DNA of 64,000 nt, taken from Isurus oxyrinchus. Its lineage: Eukaryota. How positions within the stretch are numbered: the first letter of the stretch is position 1; each line of letters opens with the position of its first letter. Both the position numbers and the translations under genes were made by a program. The DNA lies in contig JANJGN010000002.1 in the NCBI GenBank assembly GCA_026770705.1, forward strand, positions 48,794,001 to 48,858,000, written 5' to 3'. Below the pieces are notes generated by a model. It had not been told where the DNA came from, searched no databases, and worked only from the letters and a program-made list of their open reading frames with translations. Shown here one piece after another: positions 12,942 to 26,574 of the stretch.

Positions 12942-14690
12942 TTTGAGTGTTTGTGCTAAACTGCATTGAAATGTGTGCTATTATAATACTGCCTCCAGTA
13001 GCATATTATTGTTAATGTGTCTTTTCATCGAATTTTTCAATTTTCTGTGGCTATTTGCATGTGATTAATTTGTATAACAATTTGAACTGTCTTGAAGAGC
13101 AGTGATAAAAATCTTTTATTCTTTTTTACGATGGAGTTGTGCATTACTTGAGGTTGGCACTTGTGATTTATCTCCTCTCTGCCCCTCCTCCCACCCCACC
13201 CCCACCCCATGCCCCCACCCTCCCTTCAAAGACCTGAATCCAGGCCAAGCAATCAGAAGGAGGATCACTGCAGCAGGAAGATGGAAGTGAAGCCTGGAAA
13301 TGAGTCAACCCCACCCCACCCCCCTCCTCCAGTCACTGTTGTATTCTTCCCAGCAGATGAGGAGAGAGCAGTGTGACAGTGCCCCAGAAAGAGACCTGCT
13401 GACCATTCTCTTTGGATTGAAGGGAACTTAAACTGGGATCCAGGAAAAGAAACTTCCTTTAGTTGAAGAGGGCAAAATTGAAACCCATAAATGTCTTTTT
13501 TTAGATGAACTCACTTACACAATATAAAACATAATTCCCTTACGAAAGGCCAATGAGTTACTTGCCACTAATTGTTTTTTTCCCACTTAGGAACTAAATG
13601 GTAGATTTTCACTGGCAGCGCGTTGTGCCACAGAGTGGTGGCAGCTGGGATTGCATTTACAATTCCTTTACACTGAATTGTTGGGTTCCGTGGACGCCAG
13701 GAACTTACCTACAGTAAGGTAGGGAAGGCCGGAGTAAGCCAGCCCAGAACACTTCTGCACCCCCTGGTGGTCAGTTTAGAACAACATCAGCTTTGCTCTG
13801 GGATCAGATTGAGCAATCCTTGTGTTGTAGCCAGAGTGCAGGGCAGGGACATCAAAGAGAGGAAGAATATAACTGAAGAAAGCTGGAGGAATCCTAGTCT
13901 CACCAAAAAAAACACCTTTTTTTCCACTGTGCTAAATACATACTATTATTCCCCATTAACCAAATGAATGGTCAAATCTTCAATAATTATGTAAGAATTA
14001 TTATTCCATATTGAGTATCAGCACAGAGAATATGCTGACTGTGCCTGATTTTAAGGCAGCCCACTGGTGTAAACAGGGTGGTAATGGTCCAAAAATGGCA
14101 TTAGATCACTTATTGTCTCCTTTATGGTGGTCATGTGACTGCCAACATCTTGGAAGAGGCCTTTGGATGGATTGCAGAAACATCCACCTGTTTGTTACAG
14201 TAGGCCCTTTTAATATGCAATTTGAGTCCTCTGGTGTTATTGCACTCACTATGCACATGCGCAGGCAGCAATTTCAAAAAATGGCCCCAAACCTTTTCTG
14301 ATTTCATTTTTGTGGAACCAGGAGGAGCAGGAGTGCACATTCAGACTCCAAGGAGGTACTGTGGGCTGCTGCTGCCCTGGCCTTGCCCTCTCATCTCATA
14401 CCTTCCATGATCATCTCTCCATCCTTCCATACCTAGATCTACATTCCTCCACTGGCCAACCGATGAGCTGGGCAGGATGTCTGGGATGTGCAGCTTGCTG
14501 GGGACATGCAAATGCTAGCACAACAGTTGATGGCAGGAAGGTCAAAATCTACGTCATTAACTCTAACCTCATGTAAATGTGTGTGTGTGTCTGAGAGAGA
14601 GAGAGAGATTGGGGCAAATAGGAGTCACGACTGTTCCCAGCTCCCAAACCTGCTCCCAGATGAAGCAATCTTCGGGACTTTGACTGGAAA

Positions 14691-15155
14691 ATCTGTGGCT
14701 CAGTTAGTAGTGCTTGCATCTCTGAGCTGCAAGGTCCTGCGTTCAATTCCTACTCCAAGCTTGAGCACAAAAATCAAGGCTGATGCTCTACTGCAGTGCT
14801 GAGTCTACTACATTGTCAGAGTAATTTTTTTTCTGATAAGTTGTTAAACTGAGGCCCTATTTGTCTGCTCAGGTGGATGTAAAAGATTCCATGGCACTAT
14901 TTCAAAGGAGAGTAGCGAGTTATCCTTGATGTCCTGGTCAATATTTATCCCTCAATTAACATCACAATAAGAAGCAAATTATCTGGTTATTATCACATTG
15001 CTGTTTGTGGGAGTTTGCCGTGTGCAAATTGGCTGCTGTATTTCCTGCATTACAACAGTGACTACACTTCAAAAATAAATACTTCATTGGCTGTAAAGCA
15101 CTTTGAGATATCCAGAGGTTATGAAAAGTCCTTTATAAATGCAAGTATTTCTTTT
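14691..15155 (+). mobile_element. tRNA-derived SINE with Deu domain (SacSINE1-like), near full length
   Basis: tRNA head gtggctcagttagtag (A box)...gcgttcaattcc (B box); Deu core tgctcaggtggatgtaaaagattccatggcactattt...gtgtgcaaattggctgctg; L2-like tail tataaatgcaagt. Confidence 0.85.
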
Positions 15156-15320
15156 TATCATTTTTACAGGGTGGACTCTGGCTATGCGCATGCCTGGGCA
15201 AGCAGGGAGGGCCTGTAGGCCTGCCTAGAGTGCTGACTCCCTGGCCTAGCATGGGATGCATGCCTCCAGGCAGATAAACCCTTCACCATTGTGTTGAGAA
15301 ACTGGAGACTGACTAAAATA

Positions 15321-15537
15321 AAAACAGAATTACCTGGAAAAACTCAGCAGGTCTGACAGCATCGGCGGAGAAGAAAAGAGTTGATGTTTTGAGTCCTCAT
15401 GACCCTTCAACAGAGTCATGAGGACTCGAAATGTCAACTCTTTTCTTCTCTGCCGATGCTGCCAGACCTGCTGAGTTTTTCCAGGTAATTCTGTTTTTGT
15501 TTTGGATTTGCAGCATCCGCAGTTTTTTGTTTTTATC
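15321..15537 (-). mobile_element. Fold-back Penelope-derived short element
   Basis: ~85 bp inverted arms (15321-15405 / 15413-15497); flanking direct repeat actgactaaaata (15308-15320) / actgattaaaata (15538-15550). Confidence 0.85.
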
Positions 15538-18500
15538 ACTGATTAAAATACCAGTTAGCCTCCTAAAAGTGCCCTTCATGAGTCTCTTAACTGACCTAAT
15601 TGGCTGCCTGCCTAATGGAGGGGGGTGGGGGGGTAGAATCCTGCCTGCCCCGAAACCACCTCAGCAAAGTTGGTCATGCCGGGAACAAGGTCGGGAACCT
15701 GACACGCTGTCTGGTGCCAGTATTTTCAACCCTGTCTGCCTCTGATCCCAACATAGGCAGGGCCAAAAAAATGGTCCTTTGTCTGTGCACAGCAGGTACT
15801 TCAAAATTATCTCCTATGGCATTGCACAAAGACAAAGTGAAATCTTCAGATTAGAGGGTGGAGAATAATTCGACCGTGTGGACGCAAGATTTTTAATAAG
15901 AAGATCTATACTGCTTATGTATATACTGAAGTATGCTGATTTTGAGGATGTAATTTTGTTTTGTGGGTTCTAGTGGAACTAGTCAATTATTGAGCTTAAT
16001 TTTGTTCATGATGAATTTGTTTGTGCTGAATGGAATACTGATATTATTTCTCTATATTTTAAGAATGTGCCTATTGATTGTTTTGGTATCAGTAATTGAT
16101 GTGATGATTGAGTATTTGGATATATGAAAAATGACACAATACTTAGCGAGAACCTGTATTCAGTGTCATGTCTTGTGCATTTTTACAGCTGAACTCGCTG
16201 TGTTGAGTTAACATTTGAAACTAGTTCAGTTGCCTTGTGAAAGACTGCAAAATTAACTAAACAGATTGGTGTTAATTTTGTTTTGTCACTTAAATAGTAT
16301 CAACTGCCTTCTACAGAACCAAATTTAGCTGGTTGGTTCAAAGATGCAGCAGTCCTTAACTCAATGGCAATCCATTATTTTAACTTGATATCAAAGCATT
16401 GAAAATGTCCACACAACCTTATATTTCAAAAAATAATGCAGATTCTTAAATATTTTTCCAACTTTCAATCAATTTTCTATATTAGAGCTTAATTTGATTA
16501 TTAAACTGTAAGTTAATGGCTGTACCTAGATTTAATTTGGGGACTGCTGGTTTGGAACCAAGAGAATTTTTCCACCATTAATCCCCATCCCTGGCATTGT
16601 CATGAAGAAAACAAATTCCTGACCAAGAGGCTTATTCTATACATATATAACAGCAGGATGGACTGGCTTGCCCTCATTTTCATTTGCTTTTCCATGTTCC
16701 ATCTGGAGGAATGCCTCCTCCAGATGACCTCGCTAAGATGGGAGGACTCGCTTGATGTAGGATTATGGGGAAGAACCAGGCCTGTACAAGTTTAATGCAA
16801 AGTTGCTCCATGTCATTCCATGTTCCTGCCCACCTTTTGTCTTATTATACGAAAGTTGATCTAAACGTTTTGTTGGCACTTATTTTCATTAAAAAAACAC
16901 GTACTGTTTTGGTTTATATAGCTTCCAAGGGGTTACCTTGAAAAGTACATTGAGAAAATTAACATATTAAACTTTCATATTAAACTACCATATTAAACTC
17001 TATTTTTATTACTTTTTTTGATGCTGGTTTTAATTTGGCCAGATCATTTTTAATGGCCTCAAAATAGGGCCAGCACATTTATCACCATGGTAACACCATT
17101 TTTAAAGCGGCCTCCCTTGGATGACCGAAGCATCCATCTGTTCCAGGTAGTAAGCCCCTTGATTATACAAATTGGGATCCTATGCCCTAGTTAGAATGCC
17201 GATTGCAATTTTCAGGAACATGTGGACAGCGTGCATTAAGCGGCCTACCTAGTGGTAGTGGTAGTTCCTCCATATAAACACTGCAGATCTCTGCTGCTCA
17301 GGGCTCTTCTGCCTCTGCATTTGTTGCCCTCCCCAGGTCAAATTTCCCTTTAATCTGGTTCACCCATTTTATACAACGTCAGAATGGCTCGTTAGGCTGT
17401 GGCTCCACTTCTGACCTACCACGTATTAAACAGCAAATGGATAAATGACCAAAAGCAATGGCACATTGTTGAATGCCGTGGTTACAGGCATAACCATCTC
17501 TCCTCAAAAGATAGAAAATAACAAGACGTCACACTGGATGCATCTTGTCTAAACACAGAGGCTGTAATTTGAAAGGGTGATATGAATGATGCATGAACCC
17601 AAAATGGCAGTGTACCCAAACTATTCGGTGTCTTGAAGGTCCAGTCAGTCTTAGTGACAGGGTCTCATTTAAATAAATTGTTGGAGTTCCACTTGGCACC
17701 CAGCCAGATTTGCTACCTGTCCAGGGGGCTGCAACTTTTGAATTTAAGTAGGTCCCACATCTAATTTTAGTATGAGCCTCATTGGTGGCCTGAATTGCCA
17801 CCACAAAAATCATAGTGGTTGGGAATGCCACGGGTTGGAGCCAGGAATTAGATTCTTCAAATTTTAAGTCCTCTCATGTACTATTTTTGCAGGGTCAGGT
17901 GGTGGGTGAAGGTGGGTGGAGGGGTTAAATCTTGGTCTGGGTCTCCAGAATATTATGTTCCGTGTTAGTTTGTTGTTGACTGTCCATGGAATTTTTCTAA
18001 CCTAGCTAACTTCCTCTTGACTTAAGGCAGACTGAGGAATTCTTTTAAAAGAGAGCTATCATGTAAAATAAATTTCAGTTCATGTCTCTTACACTCCAAA
18101 AGAGCTGCTTTTTAGACAAATATACAAATAAAACCTGTAAGACGTTTGTATCTGAATTGAGTGGATTGGTCTCTCCCTTAAGACTTCTGGTCAGACACAA
18201 AATCTATATTCTTCAGTTGCTGTATCAAAAAAGCTTGACCATTTTCCGAGGATGAACCTGTTACATGATAACAGGGAAAGTAACCAATTCCATGTTGATC
18301 ACTGTGTCACAATGGTTTTTTAGCAGTTGCACGATAATATATTTCATGCTACATTTGGTAGCTTATCAAAAGCTTCCAAATTTAGGATCGTACAATTATG
18401 ATTGTTAGAATATTTCACTCATGAAAGAAAATATTTCTCCAAAAATGTAAAGATGTAAGTCAAGCATGGAAACTATGGTTTCTATCTCAAAAACTTTCAC

Positions 18501-19436
18501 TATCCATTCTTTCGTGTGTATTAGTCTTTTGATTTTTCAGTATAATCTAAACTTTTGTTTTAATCATTTTATCCTTTATCCATTGGAAAACCTTTTGATA
18601 TTTAATTTATAAAGTAACATTCCAGTGATAACAGCTGGTGAGTAACTAAGTGCATTCTTTTGATCTGTTCTCAACGTGTATTTTAAAATAGTTTATTTTA
18701 GATAAGTACATAGGAAAATTATTTATATATTTGATAAGCATTTTAATTGCACTGAGGTTGTGAATACTATCAGTATGCTTTCCCTATCAGAACTTGAAAA
18801 CAATTCTTCAATATTTGATGATAATGTTTTTGACTATGTGTGACGTAATGTGCATGTTTTGCTATTAGGTGCACATGACCAGTTAGACTTGATAAGGCCC
18901 AAGCCTTTGGAGTCAGTTGTCTTTGTTTTTTTCACAAAGTTAAATAAAAAATGAACAGTGAATGATGTACCACGTAGATATGGAAGTATAGTGCTACTTA
19001 GATGTATTTTCAATGAAAGTTGCATAGTGACAGTGTGTATTTAGGCCTGCCAAAGTAAAAGATTTTCTCCGTACAAAGTATTTGGATATATAGCCCAATA
19101 CTTTCAATTCAGTAGCTTGTTGGATATTTAAGTAATTCATTTTCATGACTATTAATGTTTCTGCAAATATCAAAACATGCAAGTAAATTATACCATATTT
19201 TGATTACTATAGCTATATTTTTGTGAGGAAGATACTGAGTTGACAAAAAAGTAATAGAAATCTTTAATTTTGTACCAAAAATACTTTACTATAATTTCCT
19301 GATTGGAAATTAGTGCTTTAAAGAAAATTTAAGTCATCCTTCACATTCCATTACTTGCATTTATCCCTCTTTCAATACTATTGCAGGTAGTCGCCTGGTA
19401 GAACAGAACTGGAGTATTGCTGAAGAAAGAGACATG

Positions 19437-19472
19437 CCTTTGGAGCTTTTCATCATGCACTCATCAGGATGG
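19437..19472 (-). ncRNA. Decayed minimal type-I hammerhead ribozyme motif
   Basis: Reverse complement ccatc-CTGATGA-gtgcatgat-GAAA-agct-cc; core boxes intact, cleavage triplet and stem I decayed. Confidence 0.6.
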
Positions 19473-20991
19473 ATGCAATAATACTAAATTTTAAAGGGAA
19501 CAGCAATTAATATTGCATGAGGAAAGAGTGCTGATTGGTTGGCAAGTGGATTCTGGTTGAGGCATTGCCATGGAGAATGCATAAAGGAACAATTATGCCC
19601 CAACCTTTGCTTAAATCCAAAAAGGCAAGTTAACTCTGATTGGACAAGGCATTCCCATGAGGAATGCACCAGGGAACAGTTGACCCACATGCATTTGTTT
19701 AATTGAAAAAGGCTCAATGTCTGGACACATTCTTCCTGTTTGTAGAGGGCAGGGCCCTATATAGGAATATATGTAGCTTCTAACAACTGTAAGTGAACCA
19801 CATCACAAGCTTGACTGATAATCTTAAATTGGTTGTCAGTGCAATTCTTAGCACACTCAGGATTGTTCATTAAGTGCTCTCCAATCACATCTAATGTTGG
19901 ACACTGTTCTGAGTTCTGCAAACATGGGCTGGATGAGTATGGTCAGTACTTTGCCTATTGCAAATAGCTGAAGGGACATGCTGTTTGATATGATCCATCA
20001 ATCATTGGGACATACAGCCTACATACCTGGCATTACAACAGCACTCAAATTCATATACACATTACTCATTTGTGTGGTAGGCAGAATGACCTATTGGCTT
20101 GACAGCAACATGCTCTTAATAGGGAAATACCGCTCATGTTACTACTGCATAGTAGTAGCATGAAATAGCTAGCTTCAAAGTGTTGCTCAAATTTTTTGAG
20201 ACACCTTACCCTTCCAGGGTAATTTAAGGTAGACTGGCCACTTTCAGGACTAAATGTGGTGGCCATAGGCCCATTCATGAATTTGCACAATATACAGTGA
20301 GCAATGATCTGATCAGGATAGCCATTATCCATCAGGATAGCTTTGATGTGCCCTATTTCACCATCAAGCTTGCATTGTGAACAAATGGCTTGGGCCCTAT
20401 TTACGAGGTTGCTGATAAGGCCAGTTTTATAGTGCATTTCGCTGTAGGAATCCTAATACGTATATCGACCAGTAAAGGTAGGCTTGCGGTAGACAGTAGT
20501 GGAGAACCCATCAGTGGATTTCTCAACTAGCGCATCGAGGAAAGGCAGTTCCATTTCAAAGGGAGCTCTATTTCAGAGGTGAATTTGAGCCCAGGATGGA
20601 GCCCATTAAGATGTGTAAGGAAATTCTTACATGCAGCGGCACATTCAAATATAGGAAATGCAGTATCTACGCATCGGAAATATGCAAGGAATAGGAGGTT
20701 AGGGATCGTTCCATCAAAAATGCATTTCTCATGGAAACTGACATAAGTGTTTGTTAAAGCTGAACTGTACTGTGCAAGTTGCTAAATTCATAAGTTCAAT
20801 GATATCTCGACCAATCAGACGTAATTTGCCTTTTGTGAATTTAAACAAAGCTTGGGGGAATAGCTGTTCCCTGGTGCATTCTCCACAGCAACACTTTGAC
20901 CCATGAGAGCCCATATGCCAACCAATCAGCATCTTTTTCTCTTGCAATATTGCAAAAGTGTTGTTCCCTTTGAAATTTGGTAGTCTTGCAC

Positions 20992-21027
20992 CTGTCCTGA
21001 TGACTACAAGACAAAAAGCTTTGACAG
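20992..21027 (+). ncRNA. Decayed minimal type-I hammerhead ribozyme motif
   Basis: ctgtc-CTGATGA-ctacaagac-AAAA-agct-tt-gacag; stem I ctgtc/gacag pairs; GAAA->AAAA consistent with CpG decay. Confidence 0.65.
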
Positions 21028-23403
21028 CTTGTCTCTTTTAAGTAAGACTATGGTCAGATTTCTACCCTCTATCCATTGCTCTATGTATGTTTTATTCATT
21101 GTGATCATTTGCAGTGATTGCTGCTGGACATTAAGTTTCCATGAGGTGCATTCTTCTCCAGATGCTCCTATCATTTGAGACCACTGTAGCTTGCTTAATA
21201 TTTTATATTTGAAATGTGAGTTGATGTAAGTAAGTAATCATCAGATAATAAAGCTTTTAGAAAACAACAGTCAATAGTTGTAATAACAATAGTATGAAAT
21301 TTGTTGATTACAGGAAGCATATAGGGGAAAATTGATATTCAAAGGAATTGTGAGCAATTAGGTGAATGAACAATAAGCATTGATTGTATGCAGGTCTGAG
21401 GGCTTGTTGAAGTTGGCCTACTTCAAGAGACTCCAACCTGGACAGCATGGAGAGAAGAGGTTAGACTGTCAGAAAGTATTGACTGGAGCAGTACCAGACA
21501 TATGAATGTTTAAGTCAAAGATCTCCATTGACACCAGGAGCAAAAGAATTGCTGTAGTGGCACCTCAAAGTTTTGTATTAATAAGTCCACAATCAATAGC
21601 ATGAACAAAGCTTTCTGTATTTTGCTTCTTCAGCGGAGGCATTCTCTCTAAGGCAGTGTCGTTGCTTGGAATTCTGTTGTATAAATGCGGAGTTAACTGC
21701 TTCTTGCTGAACCAAGTTGCTAGAGCAAGCATCATGCTATTGAAAATATGTGACTTGCCAATTGGTAGCTCAATTCAATTGCCCGTGTCTTTGCATGCAT
21801 GGCCACTTTCCTCTATGGCAACACTGTTGGCCTTCAGAGGAGCTGCCTGCTCTTTTCAGCAATGCAGTGGCACACTCCATCATGGCTGCTGTCTGTCTTT
21901 GTCACTGGTGCCAGGACAGCAGCTCCCACCTGCTGAAGGTGCTGGGTGCCAATTCAGCTCGTCTCCTGCCCAATTAGGGTATTAATATTTCAAAATAACA
22001 TTGCATGAGTGATGCAGTTGAGGCCCCTGAGTCAGGACTTCAAATTCACATGGGTGTCGAGTTCCTGACTGCACTTTGAAAATTAGGCCCAGGTAGTAAC
22101 TTCACACGGGAACTGAGTGAGGGGAAGTGAAGTTGGTCTTTTGCTGTCATGCAGAATGGTCAATAAGGCATTAACAGCATGCTTTACATCCTCTTTACTC
22201 TCTTTTTTCTCTGATGTCAGTAGAAATGAATATCAGATGGGGGTGTAAAGTCAGCTGAAGATTCACTGTCGTCCATTCTGCGTTAACTGCCAAAAGCCAA
22301 TTTAACCGCTAGGAATCATTTACAATGTAATGTGTTTCATAGTAGAAAAAAATACAGAATAACATACTTTTCTTCAAATTTCACTTGGTTCTGGTGCTAA
22401 TGTGGTGAAGGTTTGATTTGAGGCACCTACCCTTGAACTGAGGTACATTTGGTTACTAAAACAGCGACAAAAAAATCCCTCGTGGCCTTCCTCTACCTGC
22501 CCACCTTGTCCAAAAAGCTTCCTGGGAATTTTACTATGAACCAGTTGAAATATATGAAAAGGCAGCCAAATGCCCTTTTTCTCTGGTAAGAGTTATGGGT
22601 AAATTAGTAATGAGGGGCTGCTAGCTTGTTAAAGAATCACCTTCACGCCATCAGCTACCTTCTGAATTTAAAATATCATAAAAGGAAACTTTACACAGGA
22701 ACAAAGTCCTCAGTGCTGAGGGAGCACAGTGTGCATTAACTAGAGAAACACAAAACCAGAGAGAAATATACCTTCAGCAGAAAAGCAATAAAAATGGTTC
22801 TTACCATAAGGCCTGGAAATGATCCGGGATGGGGCCTTTCACCAGGCTGAGAAAGAAATGTGGATTAGGGAAGAGAATGTTGGAGTGGCATTGATAAAGG
22901 CTAAAGAATAGGGTGTGGAGCAGGAGAACCTAAAAGTAATTAAGAAAAAATAACTTAAAGAAACAAGGAATTAATTACAAAAGCATCTCAACATGCCAGA
23001 GAAAGATGTAGATGATTTAACCTGCTAAGCCTACTCCATCATTTTGTGAACCACAGTAGATCTATTTTTTAAATTCCCAATTCCTATCCTTTAATAATCT
23101 TATACTCCAACATAATTGCCAGAGACATATGAATTAACTATTAAGTATCTTGTGGGACAATTTGACCTTGCCTATATTTCCTGTTTAACAACAATGTTAC
23201 AAATGTAGTTTGAGGGGGGATTGGATAATGAGACGAACTATATCATGCATGCTTGGATCTTCCATTTTTCTTTATTTTGATTCACAAAGGAGTGCAAGTC
23301 CAAAACCAGGACATCCAGCGTTTGTACCAAACACCTCCAAGTCAATATGGAATGGTTAGGTAAATATTAAAGTTCCTTCTCTTTTACTGATGTGTCTCAG
23401 AAC

Positions 23404-23572
23404 CAATATTCCCTTTAAGCTGCATGACTGTGCAGCAACCCTAAGTCCTCATGTCAGCTGCTGCAAGTCGGTCCCTTTAAATTACTGTGTGTGCGGCTGC
23501 ACAGAAGATTTAAAGGGGCCACACACTTAAAGAAACTGAATGGGCACTCAAAAAAAATTACAGGGAACATTG
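23404..23572. mobile_element. hAT-type MITE
   Basis: TIR caatattccct / agggaacattg (10/11); 8 bp TSD ctcagaac / ctcaatac (6/8). Confidence 0.7.
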
Positions 23573-25043
23573 CTCAATACAACATCCTCCCTCTGCAGCA
23601 ATGTGGATTTTTCCATAGCCAACATTAGCAGTGATCCTTGTGACCTCTAAATCACCTATTTTAGTCAATTTAGTGGCAATAAGTGGTAATTATGGACACT
23701 TCTTGTGCTGTGGACTCTCACAAGCTAATAACTGAGTTGTGACTGCTTAAATTTATTTCACGCTAAATCTGTGTAGTGAGCAGAGGGAGAAGAGTTTCAT
23801 CCCATCAATCTCGGCTACATTAAAGACTCATCCTAAAGAGGAATAGGTAGCATGATACTCAGCTGAACATTTAGTGTTTTTGGTCAGACTGCTCTCCCCT
23901 ATTCAACAGGCTTCTTTTTCTCATAGATTCTACAGGACTTCGATTCATAAAAACCTTACATATATAATGATGCATGCCTCAATGTGCCACAGCAAGTGCT
24001 GTAGTCTGCACTCCATGGGAGCATTAGATCTCGAAATAAATCAGGTTCTCCTCATGTAAACACCATGACAGCTTTTAGGCATTTTAACAGGGTAAAACAC
24101 TGCAACTCTTAAGTTATTCAGGATGAAATGATTTGAATTGGATCTGAGTTCCATGTAAACTGAACTTAAGAGGCTTATTTCCCAAGCTGTTCTTTATTAG
24201 CTGAAATTATTGTCCACCAATTGTGCACATTACAGCTACACAGCATGCTGCTGCCAGAGAAAGACTAAACAGCAAAAAATGTGGAAGGAACTGAAGTAGC
24301 AGGGCATGGAGTTCAAATGTAAAAAAAATTGCCAACATGTTTCTACTATACCTCCCACTGCAATAGAGGCATTTGTTCAGGTACCCAATTATAGTAATGT
24401 GGTATGCAGTACCTCGATAGGTGTTTCTATACCAAGCCAGAAGAAACAATTGTAATCCTTTAAATGCACTTAAGAAATTGATGTTACAGCCCCACAATCT
24501 GTTGCAGGACTTGCTTCCTGGCTGATTGCAAGCATTTCTATCTTAATTGGATCACTGGAATGTGATCTGTATTTTGGTTTTAAGATTATGTAAGACTGTG
24601 ACTTTGTTGTGACAGCCTAAAACAGATGCTGAATTGATGGATATTCTGACCCTTAATGTAGATAAGTGGTATTTGCAAATCTGTCCACATAGATCCTTGG
24701 AAAAACGGCATTAAAAAAGACAGTGTCCATCTTGTGTAGAACTTTAACTTAATTTTCATTTCTTTAATTTAATACCATAGCTACACAGAACTGCCATAGA
24801 TCAGCCCAACAGTTTTTGAGATGAATTGTTTATTAATCCATTTTTAAATTGTACTGAAAGTGGATTTATGGCAATGACATATTTATGGTATTGCAGGTGG
24901 TATTTGGTTAAGTCATATTGATTTTGTAAGTCATCGAACCCTAAAGGACAGCATATTTTCTGTTATTGTTTAATATAACCCCATTACCAAAACTAGTCAT
25001 AAAGATGTTGCTCCAGTTAGCTTTGATTCACACTCCTTACTTA

Positions 25044-25759
25044 AATTGAATTTTCAGGCCCTTATGGGGGTAGGTATGGAGTGGGCAGAGTTCAGAATTT
25101 CACAATGCGAGCTAACATGCCAGTTCCCTGGCTCCATCCCACCCTGTTACTCTTTTCCTGGAGAAGGGTTGGGAGTTGGGGTGGTGGTTGCAGCAGGGCT
25201 ACCTGCTCACAGGAAGGTAGCCAATTAAAGGGGTTGAGGGCCTATTAAGGCTCAGTGTCAGGTTTCTGGTTTGCTTCCAATTCCCCAGAGGCATCAGGGA
25301 ACAGAGCAGCTGCCAAGATGCGGCCTCATGGTGGTAGACTGAGGTGGGGGTGGGGGGTTGCAGTGCTCCTTGCAGGCTTAGAGGCCCTCCAGGCCCGTCT
25401 CGCTCCAGCTGTAGGGCAGCATGCCTTGTGGAAGGGCTCTCCCTCCACAATGGTGGCCCAGATGCTTGTCTATTTTTTCTTTTTAATTTGGAAAAGTTAG
25501 AGAGAAGGCAAAATGGAGACATCCTCTCTCTCATTTACCTGTATTACAAGCCGCTGCTTCTTCCGAGTGGGAGGGCTTGGATGGCTAATTTCAAGACCCT
25601 GCCCGCCGTCCATATGGATGGTGAACCTGTTCTCTGGCCACTAATTGGCTAATTTGGGGCAAATCAAAGTCAGGTGACTGTTTTCCCCACAGTGCAAATT
25701 TCTGATCCCCATTTGCCCAAGACAGCAGGACTCTGAAGTCTGCGGGGATAATCCTGCCC
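25044..25759. mobile_element. Non-autonomous PIF/Harbinger-type element, decayed
   Basis: GC-rich block with ends ttgaattttcaggccc...gggataatcctgccc and family motifs gccaattaa, gcctattaagg. Confidence 0.5.
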
Positions 25760-26361
25760 AGATATTTGTCTCAACAGTCACATTCTTGAATTGACCGAAA
25801 TTCCAGAGTCTAAAGCCAAATTATACTATTTGATTCCAAAAATGTCATTTTGCAAAGCTAAAGTAGGAAATGTCACCTGATATATCTTAGATGTGAATGT
25901 GCTGTCTTAATAGTGAGCTTGATCACTAAACAAGAATGGATAGGCAGGTGGCATGTTTAATAGGAATTATTTTAGCTTTTGTTGCACTGCATTACACAAT
26001 AATTCAAAGTAGTGCCTGGAATTTCTTATAGAATTTGTAGGTGCACTTGAATATTTTGATCATATGCATTGCTTGAACTAAAGATATGTCAGGGATAGTG
26101 ATATGTAATTCTGATAAGTTCCGAACAGAGTCAGTAACTATTTAACTTGTTAAATACAAAATTGAAAGCATTGTGTGATTTTATTGAGTCTTCTCTATCC
26201 AAGCCCTCCTTGTCAACATGTCCAATCAATTTTTTACGAGTATCATGAACACGTTCTTATTTTAAGACCGCTTTAAAATTAATCATACTGTGCATAATAC
26301 ACTAATCAATTTAGTTATACAGTTTTGGTCTTCTTATTTAAAAAGCAATATACTTGTATTA

Positions 26362-26550
26362 GGGCCAGTTAGCCTAGTTGGCTATGTGGCTAGAGTGTGG
26401 TTCAGAATAACGCCAATTTCCGTTGCAGCTGAGGTAGACTTGGGATCTGTTTCCTTGCCTGTCTCATGCCTGATGCGGTGTGGTGCCCCCCCCCCCCCCC
26501 CCCCGCCAAGCTGTATAACAAATTGACACTCTAACAGAGAGAGACTATGG
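26362..26550 (+). mobile_element. Degenerate tRNA-derived SINE
   Basis: Head gggccagttagcctagttggcta resembles tRNA A-box SINE heads; followed by poly-C. Confidence 0.4.
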
Positions 26551-26574
26551 CTAATTACCTACCTACCTGCCCTT

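Larger units (their letters stand above)
19410..21048 (-). mobile_element. Penelope-like retroelement, 5'-truncated, inverted terminal repeats
   Basis: Minus strand: LAYFRCVDTAF (decayed RT motif), LPFLDALVEKSTDGFSTTVYRKPTFTG, YKTGLISNLVNRAQAICS..ILMDNGYPDQII (PLE thumb), VYEFECCCNARYVG..HIKQHVP (GIY-YIG); 19410-19700 is inverted at ~20800-21048. Confidence 0.92.

Noticed and set aside
14691-14755. tRNA gene
   Set aside because: tRNA-derived SINE head continuing into a Deu domain; no cloverleaf
18358-18367. miR-21-like tagcttatca
   Set aside because: Only 10 nt match and no precursor hairpin
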